Source of the DNA: Nitrospirota bacterium
GTDB lineage: Bacteria; Nitrospirota; UBA9217
NCBI GenBank assembly: GCA_963749655.1
Contig: CAVVOB010000020.1
Location: 100,961 to 164,960, forward strand
Direction of reading: 5' to 3'
DNA: 64,000 nt
Made by a program: the position numbers and the translations under genes. This document shows, in pieces, positions 30,061 through 39,029 of the stretch (positions within the stretch are counted from its first letter, which is position 1; the number at the start of each line of letters is the position of its first letter). The notes beneath the pieces are model-generated. The model saw only the letters and a list, made by a program, of their open reading frames with translations, was not told where the DNA came from and made no database searches.

Positions 30061-31818
30061 TTAATAGGCACCCGCCTTTTTTAAAACTACTTTGATCGTT
30101 TTGAACAGAATCTTCAAATCCAGCCACAGCGACTGATTCAGCACATAATGAATGTCATACCGTATCCAATCATGGAAATGCGCTTCGCTCCGTCCGCTGA
30201 CCTGCCAGAGCCCCGTCATGCCCGGTTTCACCCGCAGCCGGGTATCGCGCCAGCTGGGGCTGCATTTCATCTCATCCATAACGAGGGGACGGGGGCCGAC
30301 CAGGCTCATCTCTCCCCGCAGGACATTGAAGAGCTGAGGGAGCTCATCGAGGCTGGTGCGGCGCAGAAACGCGCCGATCCGGGTGATCCGCGGATCGTTC
30401 GCGAGCTTGAACATGGGGCCGTCGACATCCTTTTGCGCCGCCAGCTGCTGCTGATATTTCTCGGCGTCCCGCACCATGGTCCTGAACTTGAGCATGTCGA
30501 AGTCATTTCCGCCTCTGCCGCTGCGTTTCTGCCGGAACAGGACGGGGCCGGGCGAGTCCAGTTTGATAGCAAGCGCGATGAAAGCGAGAAGCGGCAGAAT
30601 GACGGCGATGCCGAAGGCGGAGGCCGCGATGTCCGTCAGCCGCTTGATCGTGAGGAAAAGGGGGCGCTTCTGACCGTTCAGTGCGGACGGGTTCAGGGCG
30701 GTAATGCCTTGGAATGCCTGGTCCGAAGCCATGAGGCTCGCGTCTTCGGCATCGGCATCGTCTACGATGACGGTGTTGGAGAAGGACTCCCCCGAGGTGA
30801 CGCGCAGTCCCTGTTCCACGATGCAGTACTGCACCCGGGAGTTTCTTTCCGCGACCGTATTGTCCCACAGGATGCTTTCCCGCACGAACGCCCCCCGCGC
30901 TACCTGACACCCGTTGCCGATAACCGCCGGACCGATGATCTGCGCGTCCCGCTCTATGACGGCATCGTTGCCGATGACCACCGGTCCGAGAATGTATGCG
31001 CGGGGAGAAACAACTGCATTGGTCCCGGTCCATACGCCGTCGGCGATCATGGTTCCATTGTCAGCCGTGGCCGTGAGGCCGGGATTCAGGAGAAGGGTGC
31101 GGTGGAGATCGAAATAGTCCTTGACCGAATAGAGCGATTTGCAGAATTGCTTGGCCTCGTAGGCGTACACGGGGAGTGATGCCTTGCGGAGGGCCGGCAC
31201 GAGCTGTTCCTTGATGTCGAAATAGGAGCGGGAATCGATGTAATCAAGGGCGCGGGGGCTGAATACGTATATTCCGAGGGACTCGATGGAGGACCGCCTG
31301 CGCGACGTGTGTATCCGTATGATGTCCTCGATCATTCCGTCCTCGGAGCACCGGATTCCTTCGAGCGAGAATTGATGTGTTCGTCTGACGACAATAGTAA
31401 GGACGGCTTTCTTCTTGACGTGAAAATCCAGGACGTCGTCGAGGTCGATGTTTCCCAGGAAAGAGTTGCCGCTGACCACGAGGAAGGGCTCGTCGCCGAT
31501 CTGCTCGCGGAAGTCGCGGAGAACGCCCGCGGTTCCCCGCGGCCTGTCATCCTCCATGTACCGTAAATGTTGAGAGCTGATCGCGTCCGAAAAAAAATTC
31601 CTGTACAGGTGGCTGTGGGTCCCCTGCGAACCGGCGATGATGATATCCGTCATGCCGCTGTTGTTCAGCCGCGAGATGGTATGCTCGATCAACGGCTTGT
31701 TGAGGATCGGCACCATCGAGGCGGGCAGATATTTGGTAAGGGGTGTGAGCGACGTGCCTTGCCCGCCGGCGAGCACTACGGATTTGGATACTTTGATTCC
31801 TGAAATGACGGAAACCAT
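30061..31818 (-). CDS. Fusion of degenerate sugar-1-P nucleotidyltransferase, LbH domain and priming phosphoglycosyl transferase
   Basis: LAGGQGT N-terminus, hexapeptide repeats, C-terminal KRLTDI, KFRTM, LDELPQLFNVLRGEMSLVGPRP, KPGMTG. Confidence 0.9.
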   Translation of the reverse strand: MVSVISGIKVSKSVVLAGGQGTSLTPLTKYLPASMVPILNKPLIEHTISRLNNSGMTDIIIAGSQGTHSHLYRNFFSDAISSQHLRYMEDDRPRGTAGVLRDFREQIGDEPFLVVSGNSFLGNIDLDDVLDFHVKKKAVLTIVVRRTHQFSLEGIRCSEDGMIEDIIRIHTSRRRSSIESLGIYVFSPRALDYIDSRSYFDIKEQLVPALRKASLPVYAYEAKQFCKSLYSVKDYFDLHRTLLLNPGLTATADNGTMIADGVWTGTNAVVSPRAYILGPVVIGNDAVIERDAQIIGPAVIGNGCQVARGAFVRESILWDNTVAERNSRVQYCIVEQGLRVTSGESFSNTVIVDDADAEDASLMASDQAFQGITALNPSALNGQKRPLFLTIKRLTDIAASAFGIAVILPLLAFIALAIKLDSPGPVLFRQKRSGRGGNDFDMLKFRTMVRDAEKYQQQLAAQKDVDGPMFKLANDPRITRIGAFLRRTSLDELPQLFNVLRGEMSLVGPRPLVMDEMKCSPSWRDTRLRVKPGMTGLWQVSGRSEAHFHDWIRYDIHYVLNQSLWLDLKILFKTIKVVLKKAGAY

Positions 31819-32141
31819 AATGCCGTGAGCCTTTCTCAGGTACAGGGAAAAAGTCCGTCGCTGTTGTTTAAATCATGATGAGCAGCATTAAAAAAGTTCT
31901 GTTCCTGATGCAGAAGGGCCTGATTGAAGCCCTGAAACCATTCCTCTGTTTTTAGATCAATACAAGCTTACGCCAATACCCCAATACATTGTCCGGAGTT
32001 TTACTCGGAAATAGCGGTATTGATGATCGGACGGCATGATAATACTTTATGACAGGTAATATTTGTAATTCATTGAAAAAATACATTTGTTTTCGTAACC
32101 TATTGGTTCTATTGCTGCTTTTCAGTAAATGCGAGGTGAGC

Positions 32142-32170
32142 ATTATAAAAGATAGAAAAAATGATGTCAA
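32142..32170 (-). promoter_or_regulatory. Consensus sigma70 promoter for the polysaccharide operon
   Basis: Minus strand reads TTGACA-N17-TATAAT. Confidence 0.75.
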
Positions 32171-32189
32171 CAAGTTAATGCCTGTAAAC

Positions 32190-32207
32190 GGGGTATTTTT
32201 AGGGTAT
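32190..32207 (-). promoter_or_regulatory. Shared 18-bp operator-like motif, copy 1
   Basis: ATACCCTAAAAATACCCC, also at 37700 and 54326. Confidence 0.7.
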
Positions 32208-32543
32208 AGAGGGCGTGTAAAACATGCGATCGGCTCCTGCGCGATGCCCTTCGTCCGGCGGGAATTGCGGAGGGAAAACTCCGCAAAGGAATGAGGATCT
32301 TGTTGAAAGCTGTTCTGCAGGTTGTTCATAAGGACAGTATAGTAACAAAGATCGCTGAATGTAAAGGTACTATTCACGTTGCGCAGGGGGAAAATCCCGG
32401 GTCTTAAGGAATCTTGTCGGCAAAAGTGCATTTTTCTTAAGCTCCGAAGCTTCATTGTTTCTTAACTATGGAAAGTTATCGTACGCAAGAACCGCTTTCG
32501 CTTCTCACAGGGCTTTGTCCGAGGGCGCATCGGAAAACAGAAG

Positions 32544-32570
32544 AGCCGGCATTTCAGCGCATGCCGGCTT
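32544..32570 (-). terminator. Hairpin downstream of lpxC
   Basis: AGCCGGCAT-N8-ATGCCGGCT followed by a T-rich tract on the minus strand. Confidence 0.5.
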
Positions 32571-32600
32571 CAGCAGAGGATCTTTGTCGGAGGGCCGGAA

Positions 32601-33509
32601 TTACAGTGCGGCATGCTGGTACTGAATCTCTCCGGGAAGCGCCTTCGTCCTGCCCGACGCATTGACCAGAACCCAGTCGCGGGGGCTGCTCAGGAGTTTG
32701 CCGACCATCTGCGCATTCAGACCGTGGCCGGATTTGTGGGCGACGATATGGCCGATGATCGGCATGCCGGCAAGCGAAAGGTCGCCGATGAGGTCCAGTA
32801 TTTTGTGCCGTACAAACTCATCCTGGTATCGCAGGCCTTCCTTGTTTACCACCGTTTCCCTGTCGAGGGCCACGGCATTGTCCAGGGATGCCCCCTTGGC
32901 CAGGCCGTTTTCCTGGAGCGTCCTGACTTCGCTCAGAAATCCGAAGGTCCGGGCGTCGGAGATGTCGCGAAGGAAGGCTTCCTCGGACTGCCGATACTGC
33001 AGGCTTTGCTCCTTCAGCATGGGGTGGTTGAAATCGATGAAGCAGGAAATGCAGGTCGTTTCTGCGGGCCAGATCGCGAGCTGTTTGCCGCCCTCCCGCA
33101 CAAAGACGGGCCGCAGGACCTTGAGCAGCGGCCTGGGTTTGTCCTGGATCTCGATGCCGGCCTCGGCGATGAGCCGTACAAAAATCCGCGCGCTGCCGTC
33201 CATGATCGGGAGCTCTTCGGCGTCGATCTCGATAAAGAGGTTGTCGATAGTAAGACCCGCAAGGGCGGAGAGCAGGTGTTCCACGGTCTTCACCGAAACT
33301 CCGCTCCTGCACAGGGTTGTGGCATAGCTTGTTGCCGAAGTGTTCGCAGCCGCCGCCTTGATCGCTGCGTTGCCGCGGTCGGTGCGGATGAAGGTGATGC
33401 CCGCGCCCGCACGAGCCGGCCTGAGCGTCATCTGAACGGGCATGCCTGAATGAAGTCCGATGCCTTCGCAGGTGATTGGTTTTTTTATGGTCCGTTGATA
33501 ACTGGTCAT
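32601..33509 (-). CDS. lpxC: UDP-3-O-acyl-N-acetylglucosamine deacetylase
   Basis: QRTI...GIGLHSG, TVEHLLSAL, ELPIMDGS, ARTFGF, HKILDLIGDL, KSGH. AGAAAGGA RBS before the ATG at 33509. Confidence 0.96.
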   Translation of the reverse strand: MTSYQRTIKKPITCEGIGLHSGMPVQMTLRPARAGAGITFIRTDRGNAAIKAAAANTSATSYATTLCRSGVSVKTVEHLLSALAGLTIDNLFIEIDAEELPIMDGSARIFVRLIAEAGIEIQDKPRPLLKVLRPVFVREGGKQLAIWPAETTCISCFIDFNHPMLKEQSLQYRQSEEAFLRDISDARTFGFLSEVRTLQENGLAKGASLDNAVALDRETVVNKEGLRYQDEFVRHKILDLIGDLSLAGMPIIGHIVAHKSGHGLNAQMVGKLLSSPRDWVLVNASGRTKALPGEIQYQHAAL

Positions 33510-33537
33510 GAGGTAATCCTTTCTTCCGGTGAAATAT

Positions 33538-33553
33538 AGCAATAGGTGTGCCA
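33538..33553 (-). promoter_or_regulatory. Sigma54 -24/-12 promoter of lpxC
   Basis: Exact TGGCAC-ACCTA-TTGCT about 30 nt upstream of the start. Confidence 0.8.
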
Positions 33554-33740
33554 TGACGATATTTATAAATGTATCTATTAAACAATGTGTTGGTTATAGA
33601 ACATTCATCAGTTGTGGTAGAAATGACTCCGTTCCTGCGCTGATATGTTGCCGAACAGCCACAACTCCGGTGTGAGAACCGCGCATTTAAGCTGATCGCA
33701 CAGCTGAGGGCCGGCAGCTGTTTTTTCAGCAGCTCTGCGG

Positions 33741-33917
33741 GCAATCCCGCGCCTTGGCATCCCCCGGCTCCTCGCGCGTGACACCAACGTGTCACGCAAG
33801 CGCGAGTTCGCAGTTCCACCTGGCACTCCGTGCATCCGCACTCGTAAACGCCGGGTGCAGGCGGGAGGTCGCGTCGATTTTAGTCCGACAGGTCGGGATG
33901 CCGGAGGGGGCTCCACT
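33741..33917. repeat. Structured repeat or putative RNA element, copy A (127-nt loop insertion)
   Basis: Blocks 33741-33772 and 33900-33917 match 56562-56611 at 48/50 nt. Confidence 0.65.
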
Positions 33918-34118
33918 TTCGCAGGATGGTTTCTCTTGGTTTCTCATTGACATAAACTGTAAAGGTATGATAGATTTTTCATAAGGTCCGGCGCGAGTGC
34001 ATCCCCCGCAGCCTGTTGCGGGGGCGGCGAATGAATACGAGACCTTTTGCCTGATTCCTGCATGGTGCAGGAGCTTCAAGTACCAGACGGCCCGGCGATC
34101 CGTGATGAGGGAGAGAAC

Positions 34119-34838
34119 ATGCAGTCAAAGCTTGACGATCTTTACAAACATGGTACGGAAGCTTTTGACAAGGGAGATTACGAACAAGCAGAACGCCTGT
34201 TTCAGGAAATCCTCACCATCAAACCGAACTTCGCCGACATTCAGAACAAGATGGGGATCGTCTACAACCAGACGAACAGGCTGGAACGGGCGGCGCAGGC
34301 GTTCGAGAAGGCGCTTGCAGTCAATCCCGGCTATACGGAAGCGTCTCTCAATTTGGCAATTACCTACAGCGATCTCGGGAAATACGACAAGTCCCGGGAG
34401 GTTTTCGAACGGGCCGCGCATTTCAACTCCCAGCAGGGAACCACAGCGGCATCAGGCATCGATCCTTTTGTGAAGGGCAAGCTGTCGGACGAGCATTTCC
34501 GGCTGGGGAATATGTACCAGGAGCTGGGCCTCCTGGAAGAGGCGATCGACGAGTACGAGAAGGCGCTGCGCCTCTCTCCCAACTTCGCCGATATCATCAC
34601 CCGTCTCGGCATCGCTTTGCGGGACTCCGGAAGATACGACGAAGCCATCAAGGAATTCAACCGCGCCAAGGAATGCAATCCCAAGTACATTCCCGCCCGG
34701 CTGCACCTGGGCGTCACCTATTACTCGCAGGGATTTTTCGGTCTTGCCGAAGAGGAGTGGCGGGAAGCGCTCGTATTCGATCCCGGCAACACTGCCGTGC
34801 GGACCTATTTGAATTTCGTCAAGCCCCAGAATTCCTGA
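34119..34838 (+). CDS. Tetratricopeptide repeat protein
   Basis: Repeated A...P.FAD...LG motifs. GAGGGAGA RBS. Confidence 0.9.
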   Translation: MQSKLDDLYKHGTEAFDKGDYEQAERLFQEILTIKPNFADIQNKMGIVYNQTNRLERAAQAFEKALAVNPGYTEASLNLAITYSDLGKYDKSREVFERAAHFNSQQGTTAASGIDPFVKGKLSDEHFRLGNMYQELGLLEEAIDEYEKALRLSPNFADIITRLGIALRDSGRYDEAIKEFNRAKECNPKYIPARLHLGVTYYSQGFFGLAEEEWREALVFDPGNTAVRTYLNFVKPQNS

Positions 34839-34852
34839 GGGAGTCTTTTCGT

Positions 34853-35812
34853 TTGGATCTTCTCGACATACAGGGCCTCTCCACACACTTCTTTACCCGT
34901 GCCGGCGTCGTCAAGGCAATCGATAATCTCAGCATCAGGCTCCAGAAGGGCCGGGTGCTCGGCCTGGTCGGCGAATCGGGGTGCGGCAAAACCGTCACCG
35001 CGCTCTCCATCCTCAATCTCGTGCCCTACCCCGGAAAGATCGTTGCCGGCAAGATCGTGTTCGAAGGGACGGACCTCGTGGGGCTTTCCCCGGACGAGCT
35101 GAGGGCGGTCCGCGGCGCCCGCATTTCGATGGTCTTCCAGGAGCCCATGACGGCGCTGAATCCCGTTTTTACCGTGGGCAGCCAGATCGCGGAGGTCCTG
35201 ACCGCGCACCGGAGCATTACGAAAAAAGAAGCCTTGGCCGCGGCAACCGGCCTCCTGCAGGCCGTCGGCATCCCGTCGCCGGAGAAGCGCGTGCGCGAAT
35301 ATCCCCACCAGCTGTCGGGCGGCATGCGCCAGCGCGTGGTCATCGCCATGGCGATCGCGTGCAAGCCGTCCCTTATTCTCGCCGATGAGCCGACGACAGC
35401 CCTCGACGTAACGATCCAGGCGCACATCCTCGAATTATTGAGCACCATCCAGAAGGAAATGGGCATGGCCATGCTGCTGGTCACGCACGACCTCGGCCTC
35501 ATCGCCGAGCGGGCCCATGACGTGGCGGTCATGTACGCAGGAAGGATCGTCGAGCAGACCGACACCAGGGAGCTGTTCGCCAACCCCCAGCATCCCTACA
35601 CGCGCGGTCTGATGGCCTCGATCCCCCGGCCCGGCGAAGAAGGGAAGAAGCGGCTGCGCACGATCGCCGGCACGGTGCCGCGTCTTTATGACCTGCCGAA
35701 GGGCTGTACATTCCTGCCGCGCTGCGACATAAAAACCGGCCGATGCGAAGAGGAGCCTGCCCTGGTGGAAGTGAAGCCGGGGCATCTGGTGAGGTGCTGG
35801 GAAGCGAAGTAA
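34853..35812 (+). CDS. Oligo/dipeptide ABC transporter ATPase (OppD/DppD)
   Basis: GESGCGKT, LSGGMRQR, ADEPTTALD, HPY domain. TTG start. Confidence 0.92.
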   Translation: MDLLDIQGLSTHFFTRAGVVKAIDNLSIRLQKGRVLGLVGESGCGKTVTALSILNLVPYPGKIVAGKIVFEGTDLVGLSPDELRAVRGARISMVFQEPMTALNPVFTVGSQIAEVLTAHRSITKKEALAAATGLLQAVGIPSPEKRVREYPHQLSGGMRQRVVIAMAIACKPSLILADEPTTALDVTIQAHILELLSTIQKEMGMAMLLVTHDLGLIAERAHDVAVMYAGRIVEQTDTRELFANPQHPYTRGLMASIPRPGEEGKKRLRTIAGTVPRLYDLPKGCTFLPRCDIKTGRCEEEPALVEVKPGHLVRCWEAK

Positions 35813-35815
35813 TCA

Positions 35816-35930
35816 AATGCGGAATGCGGAATTAGTAAAGCAGGGTCCAGTAGCCGGTAGCAAGGGGCCAGGACTGCAATTTGCGGAATGGGGAATGAAA
35901 TTCGCAATCCGCAATCCGAAATCCGAAATT
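35816..35930. repeat. Inverted heptamer repeat arrays (GCGGAAT / ATCCGMA)
   Basis: Tandem 7-mers on the left with complementary 7-mers on the right. Confidence 0.7.
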
Positions 35931-35934
35931 AATT

Positions 35935-36901
35935 ATGACCGACACTCTTCTTGAGATCAGTGAGCTGTACAAGTCATTTCCCGTCAAGTCAGGGCCGGGC
36001 AAAACGCTCGAGGCCAGGGCCGTGGACGGCGTCTCGCTGTCTGTTGCACACGGCGAGGCAGTGGGGCTCGTGGGCGAGAGCGGCTGCGGCAAGTCCACGC
36101 TCGGCAGGCTTGCGATCCGGCTGCTCGAGCCTACGTCGGGAAGGATCTTCTTCGAGGGAAAGGACCTCGACGCAGCAGGCAAGCGAGGAGCTCCGGGCCC
36201 TCCGGAAGAAGATGCAGATCATATTTCAGGACCCCTTTGCCTCGCTCAATCCGCGCATGCGGATCCGGGAGATCATCACCGAGCCGCTCGTGATCCACGG
36301 GCTCGCCGAAAAGAACAGGAGCTCGAAGACCGCGGCGCGGCGCTGCTCCGGAAGGTCGGCCTGCCTGTTGACGCGCTGCGGCGCTATCCCCACGAATTCT
36401 CCGGCGGACAGCGCCAGCGGGTGGGCATCGCGCGGGCGCTCGCGAGCGGGCCGACGTTCATCGTGGCCGATGAGCCGGTGTCGGCCCTCGATGTGTCGGT
36501 CCAGGCGCAGATCATCAATCTCCTCGAAGACCTGCGTGATGAGATGAAGCTGTCCTTCCTGTTCATCGCCCATGACCTCAACATCGTGCGCCACTTCTCG
36601 GACCGCGTGGCCGTTATGTACCTCGGCAAGATCGTCGAAATCGCGCCGGCCGAGGAGATCTACCGCAAGCCCTCTCATCCCTACACCGAGGCGCTGCTCG
36701 CCGACATCCCGGTGGCCGATCCCGACGGTCAGGAAGAAACATATCCTTCTTACGGGCGATATCCCGAGCCCCACGCAGATCCCGCCCGGCTGCCGCTTTC
36801 ATACCCGCTGCATTTACCGGTTCGAGCCCTGCGACAAGATCGTCCCCCGGACGACCGACCTCGGCAACGGGCATTCTGTCGATTGCCATCTGCGGGGGTA
36901 G
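35935..36901 (+). CDS. Oligo/dipeptide ABC transporter ATPase (OppF/DppF), indels near 36175, 36315 and 36730
   Basis: GESGCGKS, QIIFQDPFASLNPR, FSGGQRQR and GCRFHTRC are spread over three frames. Confidence 0.88.
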
Positions 36902-37063
36902 GCGCGGCTGCCGACTCTTCAGGAATGTGGAAAGGTAGTTTTTCGGTCTGATGCGGGGGAGGCGTGAAGCGGCGGATGGGCCTGCAAATACACAGGCCCG
37001 ATGCCGACGGACATGTATGAATTACGGGAAGTGCCGGACGCAGCAATTATAGGAATGTCAATT

Positions 37064-37199
37064 TTGATGAACTCGTAAAAAGTCGAAAATCACCGAAATA
37101 CAGTCATTCCGGCTTGTCCGGAATCGTATCTTATCAGGGCGTTGTCTGGCAACATGATTCCCGACAAGCGGGAATGACGACTTTTTACGAAACCATCAA
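37064..37199. mobile_element. MITE with 22-bp terminal inverted repeats and an internal REP-like palindrome
   Basis: TTGATGAACTCGTAAAAAGTCG ... CGACTTTTTACGAAACCATCAA, with internal GTCATTCC...GGAATGAC. Confidence 0.7.
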
Positions 37200-37564
37200 T
37201 TTTTGCTGATGGCGGATTCCGGGGACTGAAGCTTATTCTTTATAAGAGGGACGATCTTCTCCGTCAGATGGTCCTTGATAATGAATACGTCCGCGCCGGC
37301 GGCCAGAAAAGCCTGGTCTTTGGATTCGATGCTGTAGCCGATGATGTATGAATTCGGATAGGCTTTTCGCAAAGAGCGTGTCAGTTCGTCTCCCGTCATT
37401 TTGGGCATGCGATAATCAACGAGAAAGACATCATACTGCTGGATGCCGGCTGCCTCGAGCGCGGCAGTGCCGCTTTCACTGGAGTCTGAACGGATCCCTT
37501 CAGATTTCAGCACTGCCTGCAGGATTTCCCGGGTTGTCCGATTGTCGTCTACTACGAGTACCAT
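37196..37564 (-). CDS. Single-domain response regulator (CheY-like receiver)
   Basis: VLVVDD, VDYRMPKMTG, AGAD..IIK. Confidence 0.88.
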   Translation of the reverse strand: MVLVVDDNRTTREILQAVLKSEGIRSDSSESGTAALEAAGIQQYDVFLVDYRMPKMTGDELTRSLRKAYPNSYIIGYSIESKDQAFLAAGADVFIIKDHLTEKIVPLIKNKLQSPESAISKN

Positions 37565-37659
37565 TCGTTTATATTCCTTTTCTGAAAATCCACCCCTCGC
37601 CAGGCTGCAAACATCACGTCACTTATGGCGGCGTGCAGATGAGATGGTCTATTCACATA

Positions 37660-37717
37660 ATTATAAGCCTACCGGGGGTAAACTTTCAAGGAAATCGATG
37701 GGGTATTTTAAGGGTAT
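37660..37717 (-). promoter_or_regulatory. Sigma70-like promoter with shared motif, copy 2
   Basis: ATACCCTTAAAATACCCC-N10-TTGAAA-N18-TATAAT. Confidence 0.65.
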
Positions 37718-37943
37718 GTCGTAATTTCGACTGCTTCGCGGTCCGAGAGGTCGGGACGATAATGGAGGCAGGAAAAGACCAGTTCTTTCAATAGGTCATT
37801 TAGAACAGGCCTTACTGACGCAAATTCACCTGCGGGGTTGCACTGGTTATCTGCCATTAAAGAATATGGAGTGCCAGTAGAAATATGCACATGAAAGCCG
37901 CCGTGAGGGGCGTGGTTCTCCGACCCTGGCAGATAAGAAAAAC

Positions 37944-38948
37944 CTAAAATCGATCTTTAAGAGCATCTATGCCCCAGAAACTTCCTAACACGGGAACGCT
38001 ACCAACCTGCAGCTTGTTTTGGATTAGATTTGGAATTGAATCTATGATAATGCCAGTTAATAATCCGCTACAGGTGAAGACAGGTCCACCAAGGTTGCAG
38101 ATGTTACTAGAGCAGGGTGTCATGGCATAGCGATCAACAGTGGGTGGCTCTGATCGAATAAAATGGGAGACAATTGAGGCTGCGAATGCATAATCATGCA
38201 TAGCATAAATCCTCTCGCCCGCATCTGTACCAAACAAGTATCCCAGTTGCTGGCCAATGAAGGGCGTTCCTGCAACACGCTTGATCTTAGAGGTATCGGG
38301 CTCGGTCCGTTCTAGTTCATACCTGGCAGATATTTCTGGATCTGGAGAGCGGAGGTTTTTTAAACTTTCTGCTTCAAGAAAAACAACATCACCCCATTCA
38401 TATGTGGTTCTAACATTGAAGCCTAAGCATTCATGCCCGATAAGCAACGATGCTCTGCCGCCCGGAATTTTGGTATTAAGAATGCCTATTTTATCAATTA
38501 CCTTTTTTGCAGTTAGCAAAGTTCGTTCATCAATGAATGTTGCATATCCAGCTTGATAAAATTTAGTTTTGCCATGGTATTTATAGAAATAGTAGATTGG
38601 CCAACATCGTTTACTATATTTGCTGAAAGAAGGCGCAAACAACATGTCAGAATCAGGTTGAGGAACAACTTGTTCAACGTGATTGGATTTGTAAATAAGT
38701 GTAATTCGTCTTTTCCAGTCGATTATCGAGCTTTGCTTTATCAAGCCTCTATGATATTTTGCGTGACAGTAAGGACAAAGTGGCAAAAGATTCTCCGGGT
38801 CATTGCCACCACCTTTATGCACTTCAACAATGTGATGAACGTCGATCGTCAATTCATTAGGACACGATGGGCAGGCACACCTGTACCCCGCTTCGGTCAG
38901 GACTACATCTCTTTGCTCACCGCTCAGTTCTGTTTGTGCCTTTTTCAT
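37944..38948 (-). CDS. HNH endonuclease fused to a degenerate trypsin-like domain
   Basis: CACPSC...DVHHI...GGNDPENLLPLCPYCH; C-terminal LLTAKKV and NLGGPVF...GLLTGII. AT-rich. Confidence 0.75.
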   Translation of the reverse strand: MKKAQTELSGEQRDVVLTEAGYRCACPSCPNELTIDVHHIVEVHKGGGNDPENLLPLCPYCHAKYHRGLIKQSSIIDWKRRITLIYKSNHVEQVVPQPDSDMLFAPSFSKYSKRCWPIYYFYKYHGKTKFYQAGYATFIDERTLLTAKKVIDKIGILNTKIPGGRASLLIGHECLGFNVRTTYEWGDVVFLEAESLKNLRSPDPEISARYELERTEPDTSKIKRVAGTPFIGQQLGYLFGTDAGERIYAMHDYAFAASIVSHFIRSEPPTVDRYAMTPCSSNICNLGGPVFTCSGLLTGIIIDSIPNLIQNKLQVGSVPVLGSFWGIDALKDRF

Positions 38949-38959
38949 TATTCATATTC

Positions 38960-39025
38960 CTGCTAATGACCTCGCGGGTGAGACGCGCGTCTTTTGCGCG
39001 TCGGACTCGACCCGCTCGTTGGTTT
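38960..39025 (-). mobile_element. attC-like integron cassette site
   Basis: CCAAC-GAGCGGGT-CGAG..GACGCGC/GCGCGTC..CTC-ACCCGC palindrome right after a stop codon; degenerate R' end (GTCATTA). Confidence 0.65.
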
Positions 39026-39029
39026 CAAT

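Noticed and set aside
31955-31992. JUMPStart-like CAATGTATTGG and sigma54-like TGGCGT...TTGT in the operon leader
   Set aside because: No ops core, and GG-N10-GC spacing is not met.
31952-32455. 167-aa ORF in the AT-rich spacer
   Set aside because: Overlaps the promoter and operator, has atypical composition and no motifs.
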